From NCBI GenBank assembly GCA_025603075.1, contig MU626307.1, forward strand, positions 56,901 through 120,900: a stretch of DNA of 64,000 nt. Reading direction: 5' to 3'. The notes beneath the pieces are model-generated. The model made no database searches and was not told where the DNA came from. It saw only the letters and a list, made by a program, of their open reading frames with translations. Positions within the stretch are counted from its first letter, which is position 1. Every line of letters begins with the position of its first letter. This document shows, piece by piece, positions 13,606 to 26,467 of this stretch. The DNA comes from Neoconidiobolus thromboides FSU 785 (Eukaryota > Fungi > Entomophthoromycota). Position numbers and translations under genes: made by a program.

Positions 13606-14794
13606 CTAATAACGTCTTTTCTTATGAAACTCAGGATGATACCGAGAATAGCTCGTTTCTTGATTTCTATTTAATAATTTATCCTCTCTTTCTTTTTCTT
13701 TCTTTTCTCTTCGGAGTCTAGCTTCCCTCAATTTTTGTATACGTAATTCCTATCATAATTATTGTCAGTATAATATTTTGAATTCATTAACGTATATTAC
13801 TTTATCCCCTTCAGAACTTTGTCTGTTCCCTACTTTGATTATTTTCGTATCTCTTTCAGATTTCTCGCTTTCTTTTTTATTTAAACTTGTTCCATAAGCA
13901 GGATCTCTACGCGAGAGTCTCTTTTTAATATCATTTAAAGGATCATTAAATTTCAAAGTATGATGAGATGATATTTTGTCTCTGAACAAAGTTAACAAAA
14001 AAACTTTCAAAAGTAGTAATAAAATACCTTGATAAAACCAATTCATCATTTAGAGTTTCCTTATTTTTGAGATACCATGATCTTTTGATTTGGTCTAGAA
14101 GGTATTAATTTCAAATTACCAAGAAAACTAAAGATAATCACCTTCTTTTCTTACTAAATAATTCTCTTGAGCTTCCTTTTTCTTTTCAATAGCTTTTCCT
14201 TCATCTACTTCCGCTTCATTTTTGTTTGCTATAGTAAATAACTAAAACATTATTAATATTATATAAGAATATAAAAATGTTACTTTTTCAGGTCCTTGTT
14301 CAATAAAGTCCGTAAAAAAATCTTTAGGCATCTCTTTCTTTAAATAACTTCTATCCTCTTTATTAAAATCAACATTGTTTCTCTCCCATATTGGCTTCTC
14401 TTTCCTCTTTTTATCTTTTACTTCAATAACTGCGTTCCCTTTTTCAGGTACAAAAAGTCCATACTCTTCCTTAATTTCCTCAGTATTTATTATCTCTACT
14501 TTATTGTTTTTATCATCCTCTAGTTGGTATCTGTTTTTAGCCAATGACCGTAATCTATTTAAGCGTTTTTTATCATTCTATAAAACGTAAATTATATCAA
14601 CTTTGAATTACTTTGAATTACTTCTTTCTTTATAACTTCGTCTTTTTCCTCCTGTTCTTTTGCTGCTTCCTCTTCATCTTTCAATACCTTTTCTCGGTTT
14701 TTAGCGCTATAAACATGCCAGCTATAATGATTTTTAAGTATAGATGCTTCTAGCTTTTAGAATAATCCTACCTCTTATGGTGTAAAATATTCAT
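13606..14794 (-). CDS. LENG1: LENG1 / CIR N-terminal domain protein (spliceosome-associated), multi-exon
   Basis: Spliced N-terminus MNILHHKSWHVYSAKNREKVLKDEEEA matches the LENG1 start; charged coiled-coil remainder. Confidence 0.75.
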
Positions 14795-14981
14795 TTTTAT
14801 CAATTTAAACTAAAACAAATTTTGCTTTTTACAGCAATCAACTAATATTATTGAATTCCATGAAATAAAATGAGCCAATAATTGTCATTTACTTTAAATA
14901 GTTTCAAACTTAGATTACTAATGTTACAAGCAATTATAAAAAACATTCTCATTCAATTATCTAAAATTATAACAAAATAAG

Positions 14982-16007
14982 ATGGTGAAACCAGAAGAAG
15001 CTCCAGAACACTGCCCAGTAACTTTCAATACATAACTTAGAAGCTATTTAAAAATTTTATTACCAGGGAACAGAATCAAATAATGCTGGAAAAGCAGACG
15101 CTTGTGCAGGTTGTCCAAATCAACAGATATGTGCAACAGCACCTAAAGGCCCGGATCCAGGTAGGCTTAAAAATAAAATAACTTAGATTAGACTAACCCA
15201 AAATTAGATTTATTCCTAATAAAAGAGAGATTAAGCCAAGTTAAACATAAAATCTTAATTTTAAGCGGGAAAGGAGGAGTAGGAAAGAGTACATTTACCA
15301 CCCAATTAGCTTTAGCTTTAAGTCAAGATGAAGATGTTCAAGTAGGATTGATGGATATCGATATATGTGGGCCAAGTATACCAGTCATGCTAGGTGCAGA
15401 AGAAGAAAAAGTACATCAAACTGCAGCTGGATGGACACCAATCTATGTAAAGGATAATTTAAGTTTAATGAGTATTGGATTCCTTTTAGATGATGAAGAC
15501 GATGCAGTGATATGGAGAGGGCCTAAAAAGAACGGTATAATTAAGCAGTTTTTAAAAGAGGTTGAGTGGGATGATTTGGATTTTATGTTAATGGACACGC
15601 CACCAGGAACTTCTGACGAGCATCTCAGTATTGTGTCGTTTTTAAAGGAGAGTGGCGTAACCGGGGCTGTTGTGATTACAACCCCATCAGAAGTGGCTTT
15701 ATTAGATGTTAGAAAAGAGATTGATTTTTGTAATAAGGTAAAGCTACCCATCTTGGGTGTGGTTGAAAATATGGCAGGCTTTGTATGCCCTAACTGTGAA
15801 AATGAGTCTACTATATTCCCCCCTACTACTGGTGGTGCTAAAAAAATGTGTGAGGAGCTGAACCTTGATTTACTTGGGTCCATTCCTCTGGATCCTAAAT
15901 TGGCCCAATGCTGTGATGAAGGAAAAGACTTTTTACAGCTGTTCCCTAATGCTAAAACTAGTTTGGAATTATTATCCATAGTAGATAAATTAAAGGCTAA
16001 AGTATAA
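14982..16007 (+). CDS. NBP35: Cytosolic Fe-S cluster assembly factor
   Basis: N-terminal EHCPG...[10 protein letters not shown] ferredoxin-like motif, [26 protein letters not shown]. Confidence 0.95.
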
Positions 16008-16270
16008 AATAACCAGATTGTATATTCTATTTTAAAGTATTGGGCAGCATTAGGTACTCAGATGACAAATGAGTTAAAATTTTAGTTAAAATATATATAT
16101 GAAATAAATAAAAATTAAGATTAACTATTAATTTATTACTATTAATTTATATTATGAGTACTTGATGTAATTGAATAGTTGCTTTGTCCTAGCCTAACAA
16201 TAAATAATAAATACCACCACAATTATTTTCTATCTTAAATAGCTTAGATTATTAACATAAATTAAACAAT

Positions 16271-18489
16271 CTATTTTTTAGCTGAATGAAGCTCAACACT
16301 CATAAGTGCTTTTTTAGCCTCAATATTTCCAAATTTAGCCGCCTGATTAACTAATTGTAGCCCTTTTTCTATATCCATTTTGACTCCTTGACCTTTAATA
16401 TAACAAGTTCCTAAATGATAGAGCGAAGACTTGTCCCCTAATTGGACTGCTTGATCAAAATAATGGACTGCTTTTTGGTAATATATGTCATTGTTCTCTT
16501 TTGATTGAGCTAATTGGTAATAATGGTTTCCTAAAAAATCTAACGCCTTAGAATGCCCAGAGGCTGCAGAAAGTTCCATATAATTAATGGCTTTCTCTAT
16601 ATCTTTTTTACATATATCCTTATACCCCCAATAATGATACGTACCTAGATAGTAAAAGGCTTGTATATCACCATACATAGCCAACCCTTGGAATATTTTA
16701 TAAGCTTGTGGTTTTTTAGAGTTTTGATGATAATCAATCGCTCGTTCCATATCCCTTTCTATACTTTCTATTTTATAACTTTCTATTTCCGGAGATCTAA
16801 TCGATGAGTTTTTCAAATCTCTTGTTATGTTATTTACTGTTATATCAATTGGCCCATTGCCTACTTTTCGAACAAGAAGCGGCATCTTGTTTTTAGCCTC
16901 CTTTTGGTGCTCTATAATTTTTTTTCTAGGGCTGTTTTCCACTAAATAAAGTTTAAAATATTACGTTTTAACGTATATAATAAAATCTTACATGATGCCT
17001 CGGGATTTAATTTTGTCCAGAATAATTTAGTATTTGTTAACTCAATTATACCGTCAGTGTCTAATCCATAAAAATCATTTTCAATTTGCTTTTCTTTAAA
17101 CATTTTGTTATAAATAGATTCGAATTGAGCAACCAATGTATCTGAACCTGGTCTTGAATTAGGCTCGAAGTTCCAAGCTTCACTAATAAGCTCTGCTAAA
17201 TCATCAGGGAACTGAGATAAATTTTCGTGCTTTGGATTTACGCTGAAAGAAGCTATAGAAGAAGGATTATGTAATTCACCGAATGGAGTTCTTTCAGCAT
17301 AAATTGACCACAACAATAAGCCTATTGAATAAATATCCCCTTTGAAAGACCAAACATATTTTTGTTTAAAACTTTCTGGTGGCATAAAAATAAACTCACT
17401 AAAATCTTTGTTCATACCTAAATTTGTGTGATGTAGGTTATATTCCTTTGAGAACTCAAAGCCAGACAGTTTTAGGTCATAATTATCATCAAATAGTAAA
17501 TGGTTTAAATTTAAATTACGATGAATAATATTTAATTCGTGCAAATAATCAACCACTTCTAGAAGTTGCTTCATCCATTTAAATTTTAGAGACAAAGTCT
17601 TTTCTATATTATTATTCGAAATTATTTGCTTTAAATTACCATTACTACAATAATCCATAATTAAACCAGTTTCATTACTATTGATCCATAACCCGTGAAT
17701 TTTAATAATACTTTCACACTCGCTTAATCGACCGACCATAGCCGCTTCCTTTTTTAACTTGAGTAAAATTTCCTTACTTATCCCTTTGTACCTCCTTTCC
17801 ATCACTGGTTTCCCACGATATCTCTTTAAGATTAATTTATGGCTCCCTTTTTCACTTATAACTTTTTCATCTTCATTTTTACCTTCCTTTTCAATCTCAT
17901 ATTTTTTTAAATCATTTGAGCACCCACCTTTGATCCCATCAATATCTTTAATAATATTTGTTTTGTTAGTTGTTGCTGAGTCTAATATCGTTGATATCTT
18001 TTTCAAGTCATGAATAGTACTATTAAACGTATCCCTTACTCTTCTTAAATTGTCATTGAAAGCATCATTCGATCCATTGTTTTGATCCATCTGTTCAACT
18101 ACTAGGGTGATTTGTTTCAATTGTTGAGTAGTACATTGCATCTCACTTAACCACTGTATAATCACCTTGTTATTTTGTTCTTTATTAATAATTCGAATAA
18201 ATCTTCCACTTTTACTCAAAGCTATTAAACAAGAATGAATACCATCGAGCAAAATCATATATTGCTGAATGGAACTATAGAATAAAATTTGTTCAAACCA
18301 AAAATGGTGCTTTGGATATATCTCAATTAAAGACTGGATATATTGCTTACTTAGCTTAATTTCATGTGCTAAAGCTTCTCGGATACTACTATTATGTTTT
18401 AGTTTGTCTACTGAGCTATCAATATTTGCTAGAAAAATCACGCATTTGTGCATCAAATTGATTGCAGAGTCCTTTTGAGCTGTTATCAT
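16271..18489 (-). CDS. Helical-N-terminus / MLKL-like pseudokinase / Sel1-repeat protein; two track ORFs joined by a 50-nt intron (16942-16991)
   Basis: GTAAGA...TTTAG phase-1 intron fuses SSC-frame exon 1 to LENSPRK in frame; kinase fold with PVMER, HRN, GFE, PPE; three Sel1-like repeats (AFYYLGTYHYWG, ALDFLGNHYY, SLYHLGTCYIKGQGV). Confidence 0.85.
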
Positions 18490-19215
18490 TATAAAAATTG
18501 GATAAATTAAAACTTAGAGATTATTGATGTCTCTTTTTATATAATTTATCTTGTTGTCTTATATAGTAATTGTAATTGTAATTAATTAATTTTATGTTTA
18601 ATTTTAATTTTAATTTATGGCTTTTTGATTTGTTTTTAAATTAAGTAATTATACAGTAAAGTTTGTTAATAACTTCTAAATGACAGTAACTGTATTAGTA
18701 ACAATAACAAAACCCTTATCAAACTATCACCATCTCAACCAGTTATAGCTTTAACAAATATACTATACTTTCTAACTATATATTTTAAAAATTTGTCTTA
18801 AACTTCTAGCTTTTAACAATAAACCAACCATCTGTTTAATTTTAATTATGTGCTAGCTAATGTTAATTTTACTAATCAATAAGCTATAATATTGAGCTAA
18901 TTTCGAGCTTGACACTTAGATTTATATTCCCAAATAAAAAGCTAAGAAATACTCATTTAACTTTAAACAGATATAGCTTTAAAATTGATGTTACTGATTC
19001 AAATTGCCATTTTTAGTAATAAAGAATGATTCACTCATAAAATACATTAGATGAGTAGTTTAAAATAACAATGTAATATCATTAATTATGATGTGCTATT
19101 AGTTATGTAGTCCCTATATTCGAATACTCATCGTATAAATATTAAATCATTTCATAATATTAGGGGAAATTCTCTATGTTTTGAATAAACATGTGAATAT
19201 TTTCAATAAGAGATA

Positions 19216-19312
19216 TGGGGATGTTTTTTGTGTTTAAGAATTTTATTAACGATCTTTCCACTCATAGTGCTTAAAAAATGGGAAAATAAGGAAATCAAAA
19301 AAAACATCCCCA
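19216..19312 (+). mobile_element. MITE-like element, copy 2
   Basis: TGGGGATGTTTTTTG...AAAACATCCCCA, TA on both flanks. Confidence 0.85.
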
Positions 19313-19429
19313 TATATTAAATTATTCTTGTGTAAATTCCGAATGAGGTTTATAACTTTCAATAGAAAAGAATATTAACAGCTATCAAATATTAGGTTAT
19401 TAGTAGCAATGAATTTTCAGTGAAGAATA

Positions 19430-19530
19430 TGGGGGTGGATTTTTGTGTTTAAGGATTTTACTACCAATTTTTCTGCTTAAACAATGTCTAAAAGATAGAA
19501 AAAGTAATGAAGCTAAAAAAAACACCCTCA
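19430..19530 (+). mobile_element. MITE-like element, copy 3 (diverged)
   Basis: TGGGGGTGGATTTTTG...AAAACACCCTCA, TA on both flanks. Confidence 0.75.
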
Positions 19531-20460
19531 TATGTTTCAAGTAAAAGGTAAGGTTGGGAATTACAATGCTAAGGTTTTTACTATCTTCAAATTTCTATTG
19601 TTTTATCAATGACGAAGTGTTCTTTGGTTAACTATAACGAATTAAAAATTAATTGTAGCTTTCTTTGAAATATAAAATTTTAAGCCTATTATTGTTAAAT
19701 AATCTAATTAAATTTAAATAGTAAACACGAGAAAAATCAAAGTATAACATTGAACATTTCTCGTATGTTGTATGATACAAAGGCTAAAACTATTTTAAAA
19801 GATAAACAAGTAAATATATAAATTATAAAATAAAGCTTCAGTAATTGTGTTAGCTTTTTGTAGGTTAGTAGTGAACACTATAAATTATCTGGAATTTGAC
19901 TTCTCAATCTTAAAATAACTTTATTTATTTCATTTTTATTAAGAATTTCACTAGTAGTACTATAATAAATAAACAAAAAGACATAAAGTTTTATGAAAAA
20001 CTTATAAAAAATACTTTCCAAATACTTTTTTAAATAAATGTTAGGATATAGTTATAATTGTATTATTATTGTAGATAAACAACATTCAATTTTGTATCTA
20101 TTTTATATTTAAAAACTAAATAAACTACGATTTAGATACAAATTAACCAATCAAGATTAAATGCATAGGAAATTGAATTTTTTTGACTTGCTTGAGAAAT
20201 AATACCAAAATTAGCGTTGGATAAACCCTCTCTTACCATCTAAAGGGATTCATCTTCGAAACTTAAATTACCGATTAACGGAATAGTGACGAGGCAAAGG
20301 TACTATAAGAAACTAAACATAGATACATCCATCAAAAATTTAGAACTAGAATCAACGATAGATATAATTAATTATACAAAAAACACAACTTTTAGAAACA
20401 AAGAGATTTTAAAATTATATAAATGATGAACCTAACATAAAATTAAAGAAACTAGTAAAA

Positions 20461-21068
20461 ATGCTTATTCCACAGACCAACCGTAAACTCATTTATGAAA
20501 CTCTTTTCAAAGGTAATTTAGATTATCAAAAAAGAGGACAATGATACTAATTTGAATAGAGGGTGTCCTTGTTGCCAAAAAGGATTATGATGCCCCTCGC
20601 CATCAAGACATTAATGTCCCAAATCTCCACGTTATTAAGGCTCTCCAATCCTTAGATTCTCGTGGTTACGTTAAGACCAGATTCTCATGGCAATATTATT
20701 ATTACTCTCTTACTGATGAGGGTATTAATTATCTCCGTGAATATCTTCACCTTCCGGAATCCATTGTTCCAGCTACCCACAAAAAAGTTGAACGTCCAAC
20801 TCAAGTTCGTTCAAGTGGACAAAGTAAGAATCTTGACTAATTAATTTAGATTTTTTTATTCATATTTTAGACTGGGATGGTGAACGTGGTCACCGTGGTG
20901 ATCGTGATGATTATCGTCGTCGTGATGACGGTGCTAAAAAAGAAGGTGCCTCTGGTGACTTCAAGCCAGAATTCGTAAGATTATTATTTAGAAGATATAA
21001 CATTAAATATTAACTTGTATTAGCGTGGTGGATTTGGACGTGGTCGCGCTCCTCGCACTGAAAACTAA
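20461..21068 (+). CDS. RPS10: 40S ribosomal protein eS10, 4 exons
   Basis: [26 protein letters not shown]...[42 protein letters not shown]. Confidence 0.95.
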
Positions 21069-22076
21069 TAAATAATTTAAAAAGGTTTACTTTAATTCAC
21101 GAAATATATTTATAGGGTTTGTATAAAAGGAATTTTAAAGTTTTTATCAAATGATGTAAAGTGAATTGTACTTCTTATTAACATGTTTTAGAGAGTAATA
21201 AGTTAAAATGAGATTTAAATAAGTTTGTTTGAAGAATAGAAATATTCAGAATCAATAAAGGGGCTTGTATAAGGTTATATATCTATTTAAAATTCAGCAT
21301 CAAGTCAATCGCTAAATAGTATTTTATGTTCCATTTATAAAGCATAAGACTGTAATAAATAATAGGATTCAAATATTTGTTTAGATAAAAGCGATATTTT
21401 ACAAAAAAGAGCAACACCAAAACTAATGTTTAGTTTATTATGATGTTAATAAATTAAGTGTTTGTTGGATTAGTCTATACAAGTTAATTTAATTAAGAGT
21501 AAGCATTAATCTCCTTCAATAAAATGAGTTTTAAAAATGGACTAAATAAAGTTTTTTAAAAATATTATCTTTTGTAGAATGTATAGATATACGTTTTAGA
21601 TTATGCTAAGCTTTCCTATATTTTATATTTGACTAATTTTCATAGAATCTATATTTAATAAATAAATAGGACACTGAGATGGAAATAGATTTATATTAAG
21701 CATAAATAATAACAGCTGACAGATTTAATTTAAATCATTTTAAAAAGTTATTTGAAATTTAATAACATCAAATCTGATAAATGCTGTATCATGTTTTTGT
21801 TCCGAATTTAACTATTAATATTTTTAATTTTTATAAAAAATAAACAAAACATTGAACAATAATTATATCATTAGATTATGTGTTGTGTAACTTATTTTTT
21901 GCATTAGAATTAGTAGAATCCTTTTTAATCTACTTTCATCATGATATTTAAATCTATAACAGATAGCTAAAATCGTAAACTTATAAAGCCAAAATCTCAA
22001 TCCAATGTTACTTTTTTAATAATTGAAGTAATATTGGTCATAGCTATAAATAATACCAAGCTCGAAAGTATAAAAA

Positions 22077-22150
22077 TGCTTCAGCCCAGGTTCGAACTGG
22101 AGACCTTCACCTTGTAAGGGTGACGTGATAACCAACTACACTACCGAAGC
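22077..22150 (-). tRNA. tRNA-Val(UAC)
   Basis: 74-nt cloverleaf GCTTCGG..CTGAAGC-A, anticodon arm TCACC-CT TAC AA-GGTGA, TTCGA loop; T-run downstream. Confidence 0.95.
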
Positions 22151-22423
22151 AACCTAGTCGGAATATTGGGTGGAAAAGGAGTTTTAGATTGCCAATTTTC
22201 AAGTAATATAAATAACAATTAAATTGAGATCATATTATACAATAGTTAAAAAATAAAAATAAAATGAATATTCAAAAAGATGTATATATATTATAAAGAA
22301 AAAAAGCGGCAAATCTCCAAGGAGTAAAAGTCAAAGTACCTCAAAAATAAGCGAAAGAAGAAAAGTAGTAACTAATGCTAATAAATATTCGACCCAGCTA
22401 ACGAATAGCTTTGTAAGTTAACT

Positions 22424-23203
22424 TTAACTTTCATTCTCAAATGTGACAAATTGAAACCCATCTCTAGCTCTACTCCTTCTTTTTTTACCTCTTTCTTTTA
22501 AATTATTAGTGACTGGTAAAATAGGTTGCATCATTTCTTGATATTGGGTATCAAAAATGGACATACAATTTTCTTCCATTTGATTATTTTTTAACATGGA
22601 AGTGAATAATTCCCTTAACCTTTCCCTTGAAGGCAACTGTACATTAGGACACATCAATTTTAACATATTTAAAAAAGCAGGAGATTCTAAACTAGATAAA
22701 CTTAAAGAGTCTTGTAAGATCCAACGAACAATAGCTTCTTCTAATTGAGCTTCAGAATGTTGATTATTGTCCATTGTTTGTACATTATTTAAACTTAAAA
22801 ATGGGTTTTCAGGTCCCTTTTGGCCATTTTTTGGTATTGAAAAGATACCATGTTTTTTATTTAAATGTCGGATCAATGTATCAATTCGTGTACTGGGTTT
22901 ATAGGAACGTGTACAGTTACTGCATTTGATTAAATCTTCATTTTCTTTATCGAAATAATAATACGCATTCGTTGTGTTACCTATGTTTAAGCTATCTTCG
23001 TATAGACGGAATGTATGCAATTGATCCTTAGGTACGTCCATACTTGATTTTATTTGTTCTTGTGACGGGTTACCAAGGTCTTCGTCGTCTTCATCATCAT
23101 CGTCCATCTCTTCTTTGGCTCCAAAATTAAGTTTTATATCGCTTTCTTCATCATCTAAAAATAATTCATCACCCATATTGATCAAATCTTTCATATCTTC
23201 CAT
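22424..23203 (-). CDS. BED zinc-finger protein with hAT-transposase-like N-terminal helical segment, no catalytic domain, intronless
   Basis: KCSNCTRSYKPSTRIDTLIRHLNKKH (C2H2 BED spacing) followed by IVRWILQDSLSLSSLESPAFLNMLKLMCPNVQLPSR; basic C-terminal NLS-like KKRRSR. Confidence 0.75.
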   Translation of the reverse strand: MEDMKDLINMGDELFLDDEESDIKLNFGAKEEMDDDDEDDEDLGNPSQEQIKSSMDVPKDQLHTFRLYEDSLNIGNTTNAYYYFDKENEDLIKCSNCTRSYKPSTRIDTLIRHLNKKHGIFSIPKNGQKGPENPFLSLNNVQTMDNNQHSEAQLEEAIVRWILQDSLSLSSLESPAFLNMLKLMCPNVQLPSRERLRELFTSMLKNNQMEENCMSIFDTQYQEMMQPILPVTNNLKERGKKRRSRARDGFQFVTFENES

Positions 23204-23465
23204 TGTATACTTTTATTTTTTAGGTTAAATTAAGTAAAAAATTCAAAGTTGTTCATTCTGTTTACCCCTTGATTAGGTCTGTCAAGTTCCATTTTTATTG
23301 GCTGAATATCATGTTTTGTTTAGGTTGACAAATTTGTTAATTTGAATTGGAAGCAATTTCTGTGGTTTTATTGGTAGAATAGAGAAATATGAAAAACTTC
23401 GATTTTTTTACAGTTTTAAAATCATTAAATACTTTTTTTTATAGATTTAATATTAATAATTTAGA

Positions 23466-24637
23466 ATGTTTAAATTAATCAATAGAAATAGAGCTAATTT
23501 AGTACCAAACAAGAGATCGTTTACTACTATTAGTAGTTTACTGGAAAAACAAGATGTCCATTCCGATGCTTCAATGAGAAGTAATATTTTATATTAGCTA
23601 ATTAGATTAAGTATAATATTTTATATTTAGAAATTGAAAAATTAAAACAAAGATTTTGGAAAGAAGTACAAATTGAAACTAGTGAAGGTAAAATAGTTTA
23701 GATTCATATAAAAAATAAATGAAGCAAAACAGTAACAACAAAATCTAGACGGTTATCACATCTGTTTAGATCATCGTAAAGTAAAGACACCTGCTGGAGC
23801 CCCTTTAGCAATTCCATTAAATCGACCCAGTTTTGCACATTTAGCAGTATTAGAATGGCATTCTCAAGAAAAAGCACTGAAACCTCATTCTTTACCATTA
23901 GTGAGTTCCTATTTATTATATATAAAAATAGAAACTTAGCTTATGAATTGAATATAGACTTCGTTAGCAGCTCGAGCACAAGATGGAATGCAAACGGAAG
24001 ACAACAGACACCAAGCTATGAAGGAATTATTGAAATATTTAAATACAGACTCTTTATGGTAATTAATTGATAAATGAAAATGATTTTAAAATAATATATA
24101 CATATATATTAGTTGTCAATTACCTCATCCAGAAAAATTAGTTCGATTACAAGATCAACATTATACCCCGATTTTGGATTGGGTTAAAAAAGAATATGGT
24201 TTGATACTAAATGTATCTAAAGATATACTATCGAATAATCAGCCGGACAATGTTAAAACTGGATTAAGAGATTTAGTTTTGGAATTTGATCCTTTAGAAT
24301 TAGCTGGTACCTATTAGTTTATTTAATTATTTAATTAAGCTAATATTTAATATTATTTTTATTGTAGCTTTTGAACGTGCTTGTATATCTACCAAATCTT
24401 ATTTGATTGCATTAGCTTTACTCAAAAAACAAATTTCAGTCGAAGAAGCTGCTCAAGCCGCTCATGTGGAAATCAATTTTCAAATTGAACAATGGGGCAT
24501 GGTGGAGGATAGTAATATTTAATTTAATTTTTATATTCTTGTATTAAATTAATCTTTTATTTTTAGCTCATGATTTAGATTATCATCTACTTCGAACTAT
24601 GCTAGCTTCTTCAGCTATGGCTACTACTAAAGATTAA
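23466..24637 (+). CDS. ATP12: Mitochondrial F1-ATPase assembly factor, multi-exon
   Basis: Basic presequence, QRFWKEV, LDHRKVKTP, EWHSQEKALKPHSLPLTSLAARA, VEEAAQAAHVEINFQIEQWGMVED. Confidence 0.9.
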
Positions 24638-24904
24638 AAAAACTCTGTTACTTATAATTTTAGCTGTTATCATTTGGATTATAATAGAATAGTGGTATTT
24701 AATTGGTTGATATTGTGTTGTTTTTATGCTTTGTTATTTGCTATAATTTAAAAAAGTTGTAAATATATTAATGTCTTAAAATTATTTATTAATTTAATGT
24801 TATCTAATATTATAACGAGTGCTATAAATGAGAGATCAAAATATTCAAATGAAAAAAATCATGTAAAAGATGATATGAAAGAAAAGGGATGAGAAACTGA
24901 GTCC

Positions 24905-25440
24905 TTAAATCACAGTAGTAGCAATAATAGGGGTGGCCACATTATAATAACCTAAGTAAAGGGAATTAGTAGCAAAAGGAACAATATATAAACCTAATAA
25001 AGCTAAAGAGATAAGAATCCAAAGAGCAAAGGTAATAGAAGAATGACCAGTATAATGGAAAACAGTCATAAAGAACAAAGAAAACATAATAATTAAGGAA
25101 AAGATATCTCCTGCAGTTCGATTACCTTGACCAAAACAATTAAAAATTACACCAACGGATAAAAGTAAAAACCCATCTAATAGCGTTCTCTCTGCTGCTA
25201 TGGCTGCGCGGAAACGGGCATGCTATAAATAAAGGATTAAAATTAAGCTATTAAAGTTTGTATTAGTTTAACTACCTGAGTTGCAGATACATTGGCTGCT
25301 TCAGCTTCAGTTGTGTTTGTATTTTCAGTTGGTTTTGAGGCATTAAATTGGAAGAATCGTAAGGCAAAAGAAGATATAAACCATAATAAAAATACTACAA
25401 AGACTGAACTAAATTGAATGATATAATCGTGTTGAAACAT
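24905..25440 (-). CDS. Small multi-pass membrane protein of unknown function, 2 exons
   Basis: Two track ORFs joined by a GTAGTT..TAG intron; 4-5 hydrophobic segments. Confidence 0.6.
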
Positions 25441-26215
25441 AATGAATAGTTAATATATATTAATATAATGGGATTTGATTGATAGATAAATGTATAAAAA
25501 TAAATCTAGAAAAAGAAATTAAGTTTATAAATTAAAAATTAAGATTATTTATATAGATTTCAGACTCAATTTTGTTATATTAAATCTTTTTTTTCCGTAC
25601 CTTTTTTAGTACTCGGACTTTTATTTTAAACTATAATTCTTTTTAGCAGTTAGTTATTTACTTTATTTAAATAAGCTTTATTTTTCCTTTGTTTGAGAGT
25701 TGAAGTTTTTTTTAAAAGAATATTGTTTTTTAGATCCTCTTATAATAACGTTAAATTCCACTATTATCTTTTTTGTTGATATAATAATGATTGTATTTAT
25801 TAGTTGAATTAGCTAAAATAGTTCTTATTTTATAGAATTGATACTAAGTGGAAGTGTTTCATAATTCATTAAATTATATCAACTGAGTTTCTTTTAAATT
25901 CCCGCTATTTAATTTATTTTAATGAAAAAATAATACATCAAAATTCAAAACAATAATCTATCTTATTAATAATAAAATAGAAACATTAAATTGAACATTA
26001 TTATTTAAAATCCATATAATATAATAATATTTAAAAAAACAGCAATGATTATTTGAATTATTTTAATTTCAGTTAAAATTCAATTTAGTTTATCTTTAGT
26101 TACCGTTACTTAATTCTTTTCAACAAACCAACAATTAAAAAATTAGTATATATTACTATTAAAAAGTTAACACTTTTATTTTCAAAACCCGAATTCTTTA
26201 TTATCATAAATCTCA

Positions 26216-26467
26216 ATGAACCCATTACTGTTACTTACATTTACATTAAACTTAGTCTCTGCAGCCACTTTACTCGTTGGTGGTGGTATATGTCCAAACA
26301 AAGAGGATACTTGTACTACTTCAGATAACCAAAAATTTACTAAGGGAGCACCAAACGCCCCATTATGCTGGTATAAATTTGATGAAAATGATACATTTAG
26401 TTGTAGATATAGCTCAGATGGTATATGTATGGAAGGTATGGGAGAAGTTAATTTCAATACTTGTTAA
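26216..26467 (+). CDS. Secreted 83-aa single-domain 6-Cys protein, same domain as the 18-repeat protein
   Basis: Signal-like MNPLLLLTFTLNLVSA then CPx5C x17 CW x10 C x7 C x11 C-stop. Confidence 0.75.
   Translation: MNPLLLLTFTLNLVSAATLLVGGGICPNKEDTCTTSDNQKFTKGAPNAPLCWYKFDENDTFSCRYSSDGICMEGMGEVNFNTC

Noticed and set aside
16940-16944. TAG/GTG one-base overlap between the kinase and Sel1 ORFs, suggesting translational coupling or readthrough
   Set aside because: A canonical 50-nt GT-AG intron joins them in frame; it is one eukaryotic gene.
22424-23203. BED protein as the transposase mobilising the MITE
   Set aside because: It lacks a DDE domain, and hAT elements make 8-bp TSDs rather than the 2-bp pattern seen.
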